DNA of 64,000 bases from IMG/VR virus record IMGVR_UViG_3300028925_010764; one strand, 5' to 3'. Numbering within the stretch: the stretch's first letter is position 1; every line of letters begins with the position of its first letter. This document shows, piece by piece, positions 1 to 9,467 of the stretch. The stretch is from an uncultured virus (IMG/VR IMGVR_UViG_3300028925_010764) (lineage: Duplodnaviria > Heunggongvirae > Uroviricota > Caudoviricetes). A model generated the notes under the pieces. The model was given only the letters and a program-made list of their open reading frames with translations, ran no database searches and was not told the origin of the DNA. The translations under genes were made by a program, and so were the position numbers.

Positions 1-324
1 ATCGGCTACAGGGGGAAGTGCGGGGGCGGGGGCGGGGGCGGGCTCGGGCGGAGGAACGTAGGCGGGAGGCGGAACGTAGGCGGGGGCCGGGTTTGGCGCG
101 GGTGCTGGCTCAGTGGCGGCGGCGGGCGGCAGGACTGACGTCTTCTTCTGCTCGGACTTTTGATCCGCCGACAGTGGGGAAATCGGTTCAGCGGGTTCAG
201 CGGGTTCAGCTACCGCCGTTTCCATCATTGGTTCTCTATCTGTCCTTTGGCCGGATAGGCGATCCTTTGTCTGCTGGACGAATTTAGATTTGAACTGGGT
301 GGCTGGGGTTGCTGGTTCACTCAT
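1..324 (-). CDS. Pro/Ala-rich protein, probable head scaffolding protein (partial; runs off the left edge)
   Basis: Not in the ORF track. Hand translation from the ATG at 324 (MSEPATPATQFKSKF...AEPAEPAEP...PAPAPAPALPP) has no stop down to base 1. It starts 2 nt past the portal stop. Scaffold function is inferred from position and low complexity. Confidence 0.6.
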   Translation of the reverse strand, partial: MSEPATPATQFKSKFVQQTKDRLSGQRTDREPMMETAVAEPAEPAEPISPLSADQKSEQKKTSVLPPAAATEPAPAPNPAPAYVPPPAYVPPPEPAPAPAPALPPVAD

Positions 325-326
325 GG

Positions 327-2612
327 TTACTGGGTGACCCTACGGCCCTGAGACTGTACCGCTGCGGTGGCTTCTTGCATTTGCTGCGGGTTGACTCCGA
401 GGGCTGATTCTGGGCCTTGGGGTTGTTGATTTTCGGGTGGTGGGGGTTGGCCCTCCTGCGGTGGAGGTGGGAAAGCGTTCTCTTCGCCGGGTTCCAGCTT
501 GATGTCGAACTTGGCTCCACTCATTCGCCCGATCTCGTTGATAAGCGAGTAGAGTCTTTCCTTTCCGAGTGCCTGGCGGATCTCGGGATCACCGGCGAGA
601 ATTTGGAGTAACTGGACAAGGTTCTGACCGGCCTTGACGTTCTGTGGCCGCTCCGCTCCATCGCGACTCGTGAAGACGAACGTGTGCTGGAGGTTTTGGA
701 CTTTGCCGGTGATCGTCTGGATCTCCCGGCTCACCTCTGAAACATTGATGTCGCCGTAGATCTTAAAGCCCGCCTGCTCGATCACGTCCGCGGTGTATCG
801 GTTGATGACTGGGACCACCATGGTCTGCTCACCACATGCAATCAGGCTCTCGTATTGGACGATCTTCTTGGCTTCACGGAAAGTGTCGATGCCATCGGAG
901 ATGAAGCTGAACACCGTGGTTGTGCTCTGGGCCATCATCGTGACCTCGGTAGCGCTGATCTCGCGCGGAGCCGGCTGTCCCATCTCGGCTGGCGACATTG
1001 CAATCATGCGCTCAACCAACTGCATCAGGTTCGCCATCGCCTTGATGATCGAGTCTAGAGTCTGCTGGCTCGCGCGGTTCTCTGCGACCGTGACCACCTT
1101 GTCGATGTCGACACCGAGCTCTGTCAGTTTGGATCTTGAAACCTCAACCACGGTTGGAGTGGCTGCCCACTCCTTTCCTTCCATCTTACTGCGAAGGGAT
1201 GTCAGGACATCAGCGTCGAGGGCGTCCTTGTCGACCAGGTAGATCTTGGCACACTCGATCTCGATCAACGACACCATGGCGTTGAGGAGATTGTTCATGG
1301 CGTCCTGATACGGCATGAGCTCGTGCGCGAACGAGATGTTGTCGTAGCGGGAATCGGAATCGTTGTAGGTCAGGAACGCAGCGGGCCTGGAGGGCATGAA
1401 CTCCGCGTGAACCACGGTGTTGTCGCCGGCCGTGATGAAGCGGACCCAGATCGGATATGGGTAGTCACCCATGTTGTGCTCCTTCGGTATCAGCTTCTCG
1501 AAATACTGCATGAGCATTATCGGCTCATCCTCCTTCAGCCCGGAGTATTTACCGATCTCATTGACGCGATCGTTCGCGCCGGCCGGATCTTTCTGTTCCT
1601 CTTTGACCAGCTCGGGCGGGGTGATCGTGCCGAAGTAGGTGTCGAAGAAATCGCTGTTCTGATTGAACGTGTTCCAGAGATAGGTGCTGTGCTGGACGCT
1701 GGTCTTGTTCCAGAACATGCTGTTGTTCGACACCTGATCGTAGGTGACGATGTCCCAGTGGCCTAAGAACGTAACCCCGTTGTCGTGGTTGATTGAGGAG
1801 ACTGGGTGCGATGGATCGTAGAACACGCGGGAAGGGTGCGGATTAACCCATAGCACGCCCTCGCGCTGGATCCCCTCCTCCCACTCCGGCTTTCCTTCCT
1901 CGACGAAAGCGTTGTCAGTTGGCTTCAGCTTCCACTCTTTAACCTGCTCCCATGGTGATCGAACGAAATCGATGCAGTTGCTGTAGAGGAACGCGTCCCT
2001 AAAGCACTGGACGTCGTGGTGGCGGTGGCCGAAGTCGTCAGCCATGATGTCCATCCTCTGTGAGACGGCGTCAGCGCGCAGCTTGCCCACCTGATCAGTG
2101 GACCGGGAGTCGTAGTTGTACCACGGGGAGAGGTTGGTGTATTTGTTCGACTGGCCAGCGAGGCGCCTGGTGACGAAATGCCGAACAAGGTTCGCGTGGA
2201 CTTGCACAAACTTGGGCAGGTTGACCGTGGGGTTTCCGCCACCCTCTGTGTCAGTGTACCGGCTGGCGTCGGTGAGATCCGCAAACGTCTGGTTGACCTC
2301 AACCTTGCCCATGTTGTTTTGAGCGTATTTAAGGAACGGGAACATGTCCTTCACGATTGGCGGGCCGTCCCATGCCATGTCAGCCGCGGCGTTCCGCTTG
2401 TAGTCCCGCATGTTTCGAGACGTTCCTGCCTGGCAGCGCGCACGGATCCGGTTCTCGAAGAACTGGCGCGTCTTCGTTCTACGGCCGTGAATGTCCAGAG
2501 CCTCTTTTGACATCCCAGCCATCTGCTGGTCTGTGAGCCCGCGCGTTGTGAATATCTCCTTCAGAACACGGTCGTTGGTTCCTGCTGCATTCAGAATTTT
2601 GAAGTCGATCAT
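327..2612 (-). CDS. Probable portal protein (761 aa)
   Basis: Large ORF downstream of the terminase with a Q/P-rich C-terminal tail typical of podovirus-type portals; assigned by size and synteny. Confidence 0.65.
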   Translation of the reverse strand: MIDFKILNAAGTNDRVLKEIFTTRGLTDQQMAGMSKEALDIHGRRTKTRQFFENRIRARCQAGTSRNMRDYKRNAAADMAWDGPPIVKDMFPFLKYAQNNMGKVEVNQTFADLTDASRYTDTEGGGNPTVNLPKFVQVHANLVRHFVTRRLAGQSNKYTNLSPWYNYDSRSTDQVGKLRADAVSQRMDIMADDFGHRHHDVQCFRDAFLYSNCIDFVRSPWEQVKEWKLKPTDNAFVEEGKPEWEEGIQREGVLWVNPHPSRVFYDPSHPVSSINHDNGVTFLGHWDIVTYDQVSNNSMFWNKTSVQHSTYLWNTFNQNSDFFDTYFGTITPPELVKEEQKDPAGANDRVNEIGKYSGLKEDEPIMLMQYFEKLIPKEHNMGDYPYPIWVRFITAGDNTVVHAEFMPSRPAAFLTYNDSDSRYDNISFAHELMPYQDAMNNLLNAMVSLIEIECAKIYLVDKDALDADVLTSLRSKMEGKEWAATPTVVEVSRSKLTELGVDIDKVVTVAENRASQQTLDSIIKAMANLMQLVERMIAMSPAEMGQPAPREISATEVTMMAQSTTTVFSFISDGIDTFREAKKIVQYESLIACGEQTMVVPVINRYTADVIEQAGFKIYGDINVSEVSREIQTITGKVQNLQHTFVFTSRDGAERPQNVKAGQNLVQLLQILAGDPEIRQALGKERLYSLINEIGRMSGAKFDIKLEPGEENAFPPPPQEGQPPPPENQQPQGPESALGVNPQQMQEATAAVQSQGRRVTQ

Positions 2613-2911
2613 TTGAAAATGTGGAGAGGGGTTATCACGGGCCGGTTGACGAAGTTCTTCTTGTAGGCATCGTCGATGAAAGCCTCAAGCAAGCAGCAGT
2701 GATGCGCTACTACCCTCGTGACTTTTCCTTTGGTTTCCATCTGGTTGTATTCGTAACGACGCAGTCCAATCAGAAGCCCGAGTCGGTAAGGCGGATCAAA
2801 CCCCATACGTAGGGCGAGCTCTTTGAACTTCTTGATCGGCCATCCATTTTCGATTCCTAGTTCTCTCCAGTGTTCTTCGATTAGAAATATCTCGGCGTCA
2901 GTCTCATCCAT
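2609..2911 (-). CDS. Hypothetical protein (100 aa)
   Basis: Start and stop overlap with both neighbours in the packaging operon. Confidence 0.65.
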   Translation of the reverse strand: MDETDAEIFLIEEHWRELGIENGWPIKKFKELALRMGFDPPYRLGLLIGLRRYEYNQMETKGKVTRVVAHHCCLLEAFIDDAYKKNFVNRPVITPLHIFK

Positions 2912-3234
2912 CAGATCAGAGCCGCGGGTGAAATGTTTGTCTGCGCGATGTTCGTGGCAGTGCCGGGTGCTGACCCGGTGTTGTCCGTTGGTTGCCCTTC
3001 TCCGGATCCGCCTAAAACCTCGACGGTGTTGTGTGCCACCTTCTTCTCCTTGGGGGCTTTCTCGATCCGCGCTCCGGTGATGAATCCGGAGATCTCATGC
3101 TCATCGTTTCCGTTCACCTGGATTCTGATCAGGATGTCGACATCTTTGTCTCCAGCTTTCAGGTTCATGAACTCCTCAGAAAGCTCAGGGTTATCCTTTA
3201 AAACCAGTCGAAACTCACTGCTGTCGGATTTCAT
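2911..3234 (-). CDS. Hypothetical protein (107 aa)
   Basis: In-operon ORF between terminase and portal. Confidence 0.65.
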   Translation of the reverse strand: MKSDSSEFRLVLKDNPELSEEFMNLKAGDKDVDILIRIQVNGNDEHEISGFITGARIEKAPKEKKVAHNTVEVLGGSGEGQPTDNTGSAPGTATNIAQTNISPAALI

Positions 3235-3257
3235 AATGACACCTTACGCGCAGACTT

Positions 3258-4958
3258 TCAGCGTTGTCCACAAGAATAGATCTTCGCCGGGACGCCATTG
3301 CCGCCCTCGCTTGGGACAACAGAAATCAGGGAAAACATCTGACCTGGCTCCATGTGGTGCTTCCACATCGGGTAGGACAAACTGTCAAAAGGATGGATGT
3401 GGATAGACCGCTTCGGCCGTAGGCTTGCGAGCGGGTCATACTTATTGCGCAACTGGGCCTCGGTTTCCTTCTGTGAGATCAGGTGCTCGAACATTGAGAT
3501 CGTCTTCGTACACCTCCCGCTCACCACGAGGCACTGGTTATTTAAAAGCTGGATGACGTGATTCACCCTGGCCGGAACGGACTCGGCGCCCTTTGGGGCA
3601 GACACCAGCTTGATCCTCTCGGTCCCGGCTCCCTCCCCTTGGAGAGCTTGGGCAACGGTGACCTGTCGGGACAGCCGTTCTATCTCGAACGCATCGTAGG
3701 ACTGCTCCCTGTCCTTCTGGCTCCACGCGGCCTCGTCGCAGACATGGATGAACTCGAATGGGAACCCAACCAGATCTGACCAGAAATCCATGCGGGAAAT
3801 AAGCCGCGGGATGATGACTGAATACTTCTCGAGCTCGCCGACATAGTTCATTTCATCGAAGACGGACCACACCTGACGCGTCGTTGTGGGAACCAACTGC
3901 ATCATATGGATGGAGAAATTGACTGGGCCGGGGTCGTATCCGATAACGATTGGGAGGTTCGGCAAGGGCATTATGCCGTTGATCCCCTTGCCTAGAACGT
4001 GCTTATCCCGGTGGAAATAGCTCCCGAAGATGGCGTTCCCGCTGGGTTTGTCCACCCACTCACCCCTGATCATGCGCGCCTCCTCGACCAGGTCGCCTTT
4101 GACGGCGTGCATCATGTTCCGCCAATACTTCGATGACAGGTTGTGTCGATTTTCCTGCATTGGAATGTGGAAAATCGAATAATCTTCGTCGAGCTTGTCT
4201 TCTAGCATCCCGCTATTCTCGAAGAACACCTTGTAAAGCCAGTGGCTGGGGCCGGCTGGGTTGCAGCAATACATGATCTGCTGGACATCGATGCCGGGTC
4301 GACGCTGAATCTGCTGGATCAGATGCTTGAAATACGTGTCAGTGCTCAGCGTCTGGGCCTCGTCAACGAGTATGAAGCTGGGCTCCATGCCTTTCACGCG
4401 GTCCTGAACGAACGATCCGACCGGCATTGAGAGCATCAGAACCCGGGACCAGCCACCGCTCACCGTCCGTATCCAGAGGTAGACATCCTTGGCCGTGTTG
4501 GTCTTCGGCTCGGTGAAGAAGGGGTTCGTGTCGTGGTCAAATCCAAGGCCCGCCTCCCATTCGGGCAGGATCATAGTGATCAGCTTGTGCCAGGCGCCGC
4601 CTTCCTCTGCTTGGCGTTTCACACCAACGATGATAATCGCGAGCGCGTCGTCGTTCTCGTAGCAGTGGCGGGCCAAGGCGTGGAGAGCGCCGTAGGTCTT
4701 GCCGCTGGCGCGCTCGCCGTAGACCATCGAATACATCGAGGTGCACTCGAAGACCATCTCCTGTCGGCTCCGGACGGCGTAGCTCGGCTTGCCGTTGTGA
4801 TCCAGTCCAGGATTGAAGGACGGACGCCACCCGGTTGACGTCATCGTGGAATCTGGGATCCGCGGAGGCTTCGGTAGTGCCCGCTCGTCGAGCCCATCCC
4901 AGTCGTAATCCTCCGATGGTGGTATCTCGAACTGATCTTCTCGGTCGGTTAAAGTCAT
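3258..4958 (-). CDS. terL: Terminase large subunit
   Basis: Walker A GERASGKT, Walker B ILVDEA, coupling motif CCNP and RNase H-like nuclease motif GYDPG. Confidence 0.9.
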   Translation of the reverse strand: MTLTDREDQFEIPPSEDYDWDGLDERALPKPPRIPDSTMTSTGWRPSFNPGLDHNGKPSYAVRSRQEMVFECTSMYSMVYGERASGKTYGALHALARHCYENDDALAIIIVGVKRQAEEGGAWHKLITMILPEWEAGLGFDHDTNPFFTEPKTNTAKDVYLWIRTVSGGWSRVLMLSMPVGSFVQDRVKGMEPSFILVDEAQTLSTDTYFKHLIQQIQRRPGIDVQQIMYCCNPAGPSHWLYKVFFENSGMLEDKLDEDYSIFHIPMQENRHNLSSKYWRNMMHAVKGDLVEEARMIRGEWVDKPSGNAIFGSYFHRDKHVLGKGINGIMPLPNLPIVIGYDPGPVNFSIHMMQLVPTTTRQVWSVFDEMNYVGELEKYSVIIPRLISRMDFWSDLVGFPFEFIHVCDEAAWSQKDREQSYDAFEIERLSRQVTVAQALQGEGAGTERIKLVSAPKGAESVPARVNHVIQLLNNQCLVVSGRCTKTISMFEHLISQKETEAQLRNKYDPLASLRPKRSIHIHPFDSLSYPMWKHHMEPGQMFSLISVVPSEGGNGVPAKIYSCGQR

Positions 4959-5018
4959 TATATCTATGTACTTCTCTTCTCTTCTCTACTCTTGGGGTTA
5001 AGAAAACCCCGAAGGGGT

Positions 5019-5531
5019 CTACGACCCCTTAGATGCCCCTTCAGATCCATCATTCACAATCACTGTAGAACCAGCTTCCGCCTTAATTGCTAGAGTATTG
5101 GGCCTTTTCTTCTTGGAGAACCCTGCCTTTTTCTGGTCTTGGCCCCCTGAACTTGCACCAACCTTGCGAACTTTGTTCAGAACCTCGGCCGCTTTGACTG
5201 AATCGAGTGCCTGACGGCGCAGGATGTCGCTCCCTTTGAGGAACCCATCGGACGCAGACTGCATGATAACAGCGGCCACCTCCGGGTCCACGCCCTCCAG
5301 ACTCGCGACTGGATCCTTGAGGATCTCCAACTGCTTATCGATGTATTCCTTCAGGGCCAGCGCATTCGCTGCAGCCAAGCCCGACACCATATCTGCCGAA
5401 GCGAGGACGTTCTCGGAGTGCCATCGCTGGTAGTTGGCAGCCACTTTCGCGATGTTTGGAAGGTGGTGCGCCGTCTGCGCGGCGAAGCGCTCTGAGGGAT
5501 CTTCATCTTTTTTCTCGATCTCTGTTGACAT
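5019..5531 (-). CDS. Probable terminase small subunit
   Basis: 170-aa helical protein with a basic C-terminus directly upstream of terL; synteny only. Confidence 0.5.
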   Translation of the reverse strand: MSTEIEKKDEDPSERFAAQTAHHLPNIAKVAANYQRWHSENVLASADMVSGLAAANALALKEYIDKQLEILKDPVASLEGVDPEVAAVIMQSASDGFLKGSDILRRQALDSVKAAEVLNKVRKVGASSGGQDQKKAGFSKKKRPNTLAIKAEAGSTVIVNDGSEGASKGS

Positions 5532-5554
5532 CGTATAAGGCGGTATGTTTTAAT
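5525..5554 (+). promoter_or_regulatory. Sigma70-like promoter for the replication operon
   Basis: TTGACA (5525-5530), 18-nt spacer, TTTAAT (5549-5554) preceded by TG. Confidence 0.5.
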
Positions 5555-5563
5555 ATCGTTTCA

Positions 5564-5728
5564 ATGGCCGACAAATTAACAAATCCAAAACCGATCCGCT
5601 TCCCGCAAAGTCTGTGGGATGCGGCACAAAAGATCGCAGACGGCTGCGGTTCCCCGTGTCGCCCAGCTCACGTCATCCGGTTGGCAGCCCAATACGGAAT
5701 GGCCCGTGCGAGGAAGCGGTTGAAATAG
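5564..5728 (+). CDS. Small ribbon-helix-helix/Arc-like regulator (54 aa)
   Basis: MADKLTNPKPIRFPQSLWDAAQKIA...HVIRLAAQYG fits a strand-helix-helix pattern; first gene of the operon. Confidence 0.55.
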   Translation: MADKLTNPKPIRFPQSLWDAAQKIADGCGSPCRPAHVIRLAAQYGMARARKRLK

Positions 5729-5731
5729 CCT

Positions 5732-6124
5732 ATGGACGAAAAACTAAAAACGCAAGACACTGAGACGCATCCGGATAACTTGATCCTCGTCTGCATCGCG
5801 CAGATGAGGAAGGGGAAACTGGTCCGCAGGCTCTCCGAGGCGATGCAAGAAGTCATCGACGCGGTGAAAGCCAACGGCAAGACCGGACGCGTCACCCTTC
5901 ACCTCGATGTCAAGATGGCAGTCGGTGCGAGCGACGAAGTCCACATCACTGACGATGTGGTCACCAAAACACCAAAGGCCGACAAACAAGTGTCGTTCTT
6001 CTATCTCAACGAAGAGGACCGACTCACGAAAGATGATCCATCGAAACAGGTGGACATCTTCCGCGACCGTCAAGGGAACGATCCCGCTGACAACGCCGAG
6101 CAGGAACAATCCGAAGCGAAGTAA
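5732..6124 (+). CDS. Phage protein, usual partner of DUF2303 (YfdP-like)
   Basis: LSEAMQEVIDAVKANGKTGRVTLHLDV pattern, directly upstream of the DUF2303-like gene. Confidence 0.6.
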   Translation: MDEKLKTQDTETHPDNLILVCIAQMRKGKLVRRLSEAMQEVIDAVKANGKTGRVTLHLDVKMAVGASDEVHITDDVVTKTPKADKQVSFFYLNEEDRLTKDDPSKQVDIFRDRQGNDPADNAEQEQSEAK

Positions 6125-6136
6125 CCCAACATCACC

Positions 6137-6967
6137 ATGGAAAAAGAATCGATCAAAGAAATCACACGGCTTGGCCAAGTTGCCAAGATCAACGAAACCC
6201 TCATCGGTATGCAGGGCCCGGGAGTCGTTCCCAACATCATCATCCCTGACGGCTACAAGGTCGCGTGTCTTGAGAACGCTCAAGCCGAGCCGTCTCGGTC
6301 GCAGTTCGCCATGCGAACCAACTCCCTTAAAGCGTTCTGCGAACTCGTGGCGCGCTTCAAAGTGGCGGCGAGCACCGTCATATTCTCGGACAAGGCTGGT
6401 GCCTACAAGGCCATCTTCGACTTCCACACTGGAGGTGTGCCGGGATGGTGCCAGCAAACTCTGGACTACGACCCCGGGTTCCATCCGGACTTCGAGCTTA
6501 TTCAGCGTTGGTTCAACCGGTGGAAGACCCAGTTCGAGGTCGCCGACATTGCGAACGACAACATCGACCTGTTCGCTAACCCAACTGGCGCCGACCTTCG
6601 CGAGATGGTCCTCGGCCTGGAAGGCTCCAAGACGGAGCTGTTCGCGTCAGCCAAGAAGATGCGTGACGGCACCATTCGGTGTTCGCGCAGCGAGAACGTC
6701 GACCTGAAATCCACGAAGGGCGACGACGGCGTTGTAGAACTTCCCGCAGTGATTGGGTTCAAATGCCCAGTCTTCCTTGGCGCGGAACCGATCGAGATCC
6801 ACACCGAGCTTAGAATCCAAGTCTCGCAAGGTGAGGTGAAGTTCAGGTTCCACAAATCGGATCGTGACGTTCAGCAGATTGTCAATGCCGAGAGCGCACT
6901 GGTCAACACGTCCATCAATGGAACAACGGGCTGCCCCGTCATCGAAGCTGCTCTACTCACCGACTGA
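6137..6967 (+). CDS. DUF2303/YfdQ-family protein
   Basis: AIFDFH...PGWC motif, length of 276 aa, and a C-terminal PVFLG...ELR pattern. Confidence 0.7.
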   Translation: MEKESIKEITRLGQVAKINETLIGMQGPGVVPNIIIPDGYKVACLENAQAEPSRSQFAMRTNSLKAFCELVARFKVAASTVIFSDKAGAYKAIFDFHTGGVPGWCQQTLDYDPGFHPDFELIQRWFNRWKTQFEVADIANDNIDLFANPTGADLREMVLGLEGSKTELFASAKKMRDGTIRCSRSENVDLKSTKGDDGVVELPAVIGFKCPVFLGAEPIEIHTELRIQVSQGEVKFRFHKSDRDVQQIVNAESALVNTSINGTTGCPVIEAALLTD

Positions 6968-6968
6968 T

Positions 6969-8009
6969 ATGGCTGCGAAAACAAAACCCCAAGAGAAGAT
7001 TGTCCGCTCGCAGATGCAGGAGCTGGACATGGAAATCGTCAACAGGCTGGACCTCACAGTCTCGAAGGCGCTCGACATAGGAGAGACGGGGGCGACGTTC
7101 GCCCAAGCTGTCGTGGTGGCCGAGGCAATGGCTGAGCTACGGGAGGCCATCACTGGCCCCATCCTCCAGCGCTTCAAGTCGCTGTCAAATTCACGTCTCG
7201 GATTCCTGACCGACAAGGATCCGAACAAGTGGAACGGGAAGCTGAACAAGGGCCAAGGCGGTTACTCTGAGCCCTACAAAGACGAGGTCTTACGCGAGTG
7301 CATGATCGAAGCCTGTCTTCGCGGACTGCTCCCAATCGGCAATCAGTTCAACATCATCGCGGGATCGGTGTACACAACGAAGGAAGGCTACAAAGCGCAG
7401 CTCAAGAAGCTCAAAGGGCTGACGGACTTCGCGCCTTTGATTGGCACTCCGCGCATCACGCAAGGGTCGCAGGACTTCTTCGTGCGATGCAAGGCAACGT
7501 GCATGTTGCATGGAGTCGAGGTGAAGATCGGCGTGGATGATGACGACATCATCGAGATCGCTGTCTCGCCGGGAGCCTTCGCTACAACCGACTCCACAAA
7601 GGGAAAGGCTGAGCGGAAGTTCCTAAAGATCGTGTTCGAGCGGTTGACGGGAATTGAGACTCCTGATGGCGACATCACGGAAGCTCACCAGATCGCCCCA
7701 CCCGCGCCCACTCAAGGCACGCTCGCTGGGCCTGTCACCCACATGACGGCAACGGAAGCAAACAATCTTCCATCCCTAACAGCGTCTCCTGAAGACTGCG
7801 TCCTCGCATTGCTCCAGCTCTGCATCGACACCGCTATCGAGGAGCATGAGTTTTGTCGATGGGCTGAAGCGAACAAGTTCACGGGAGCTGGGTGCTCTAA
7901 ACTGGCTCACCTCGTTGACGCTTGCCCTAGCAAACTCGGTGGATTCATCGATAAGTTCGAGGAGATCGCCCAGCAGATCATCGAAATGGAAGCGCCCCAA
8001 GTATCCTAA
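6969..8009 (+). CDS. Putative single-strand annealing/recombination protein (RecT-like)
   Basis: EACLRGLLPIGNQFNIIAGSVYTTKEGY resembles RecT-like cores; it lies near a nuclease and an ATPase. Start moved to the ATG at 6969. Confidence 0.45.
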   Translation: MAAKTKPQEKIVRSQMQELDMEIVNRLDLTVSKALDIGETGATFAQAVVVAEAMAELREAITGPILQRFKSLSNSRLGFLTDKDPNKWNGKLNKGQGGYSEPYKDEVLRECMIEACLRGLLPIGNQFNIIAGSVYTTKEGYKAQLKKLKGLTDFAPLIGTPRITQGSQDFFVRCKATCMLHGVEVKIGVDDDDIIEIAVSPGAFATTDSTKGKAERKFLKIVFERLTGIETPDGDITEAHQIAPPAPTQGTLAGPVTHMTATEANNLPSLTASPEDCVLALLQLCIDTAIEEHEFCRWAEANKFTGAGCSKLAHLVDACPSKLGGFIDKFEEIAQQIIEMEAPQVS

Positions 8010-8323
8010 TGGACGAAATGGGACTCAAGCTCTCGGAACTCCGAGTATGTGACGTCACCGACCTCCCACTCATCGACGGGAAGAGTGAGGAGGCGGTGGT
8101 GATCACTATCAAGCGCTACGGGATAGACACGAGCGCCATGAAAGATGTCGTCACGCTTCTGAATGCGATTGGATGCCTCGACGCCGCTGAGCGTTCAGCC
8201 CCCGATCCATTGGTTCTGAAGCAGACGTCATACTCTGTCGCGATCGTTCGCGCCGACCAACTCAATCAACCTTTAATCACCATAATCAATGAATCAAACA
8301 AACGAAAACGCGACAGAAATTGA
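8009..8323 (+). CDS. Hypothetical protein
   Basis: Coupled to the upstream stop (TAATG). Confidence 0.55.
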   Translation: MDEMGLKLSELRVCDVTDLPLIDGKSEEAVVITIKRYGIDTSAMKDVVTLLNAIGCLDAAERSAPDPLVLKQTSYSVAIVRADQLNQPLITIINESNKRKRDRN

Positions 8324-9467
8324 CGAGCGTGGAGGGCTGCGCTCGGCATCAGGCGCGGCTCAGTGGATGAACTGTCCCGGCTCTTTCGAGTTCCAGAAGC
8401 AGTTCCCCGAGGAGCCGACCCAGATCTGGGCCGACGACGGGACCACGATTGCCGACGCACTGGAGAACGATACTGTCCAAGAACTAGAGGAAGATCTCCG
8501 ACCCATCGCCGAGCAGCTCCAAGAAATGGAGAAGAAAGCTCTCACTGAGTGGCGGGCACGTTACGAGATCGAGACTGAGATCAAGCCTTGGCGTGAGATC
8601 CGCTATTGGATGCGAGGAACCGACATGCGTCCCAGTGTGAGTGGTCGGATTGACAAGGGATACTACGACCCACACACCCGGCAATTGTTGATCATCGACG
8701 ACAAGACGGGTTATCTCGACCCTGATTCCGCCGAGCGCAACTATCAATTGCTTTGCCAAGCTTCCTGTATCTACGAGGACCACAAGTTCGTAGGCGTCAC
8801 AATGGCTATTGCCCACGCGCGACTTCGGAAGAACTACGACGAGGCATTCTACACTGACACGCAGATCATCGCCGCCCGCGCCATGATCAACAACTCGATC
8901 ATCCGCGGCGACGACCCTCATGCGCCTCGCTACCCCGGGGACTGGTGCCGATACTGCAACGCCAAGAACGGCTGCAAAGAGGCTCACGCCTGGCTGCTCG
9001 TTGATACCCTCACATGGAATGCCGCGCCATGCGGTATGTGCGGTTCTCACTTCTCGTGCGTCAGTGACGACAAGGCGGCTGTTATCGTTCACACGGGCGC
9101 TCTCACCAACGAACACGTTGCTGGTATATTCAGAAAGATCTCCGTTGGCGGGAAGATCTGGGACGCCATCAAGACCCGGCTTAAAGCGTTGAGCGAAGAC
9201 GAGCTGACTGAGCTTGGACTCGTCCTGCGACCGGCCGGTGAAACGCGCAAGATCATCGACAAGGACAGGGCGAGAACACTCCTCCTGCCACATCTCACTG
9301 AGGTTGAGTTCGACTCATCCTGCATTGCTAACCTCGGATTGCTCGAGCTCGCCGTCAAAGAGCAATCCAAACTCTCAAAGAAAGACGCGAAGTCCGAAGT
9401 CGACCGACTTTTAGACCCCGTCATCGACCGCAAACCTAAATCACCAACACTGAAAGCACTGAAATGA
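8289..9467 (+). CDS. PD-(D/E)XK nuclease, DUF2800/Cas4-like
   Basis: SAS..WMNCPGS N-terminus, GRID...IIDDKTG, NYQL..Q and PGDWCRYC..K..C cysteine cluster. Confidence 0.8.
   Translation: MNQTNENATEIDERGGLRSASGAAQWMNCPGSFEFQKQFPEEPTQIWADDGTTIADALENDTVQELEEDLRPIAEQLQEMEKKALTEWRARYEIETEIKPWREIRYWMRGTDMRPSVSGRIDKGYYDPHTRQLLIIDDKTGYLDPDSAERNYQLLCQASCIYEDHKFVGVTMAIAHARLRKNYDEAFYTDTQIIAARAMINNSIIRGDDPHAPRYPGDWCRYCNAKNGCKEAHAWLLVDTLTWNAAPCGMCGSHFSCVSDDKAAVIVHTGALTNEHVAGIFRKISVGGKIWDAIKTRLKALSEDELTELGLVLRPAGETRKIIDKDRARTLLLPHLTEVEFDSSCIANLGLLELAVKEQSKLSKKDAKSEVDRLLDPVIDRKPKSPTLKALK

Noticed and set aside
18..287. Arg/Gly-rich + strand ORF and G-rich repeats at the left edge
   Set aside because: Antisense shadow of the Pro/Ala-rich minus-strand gene.
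8289..9467. Cas4 as evidence of a CRISPR-related system
   Set aside because: It is a standalone DUF2800-type nuclease in a normal phage recombination module.
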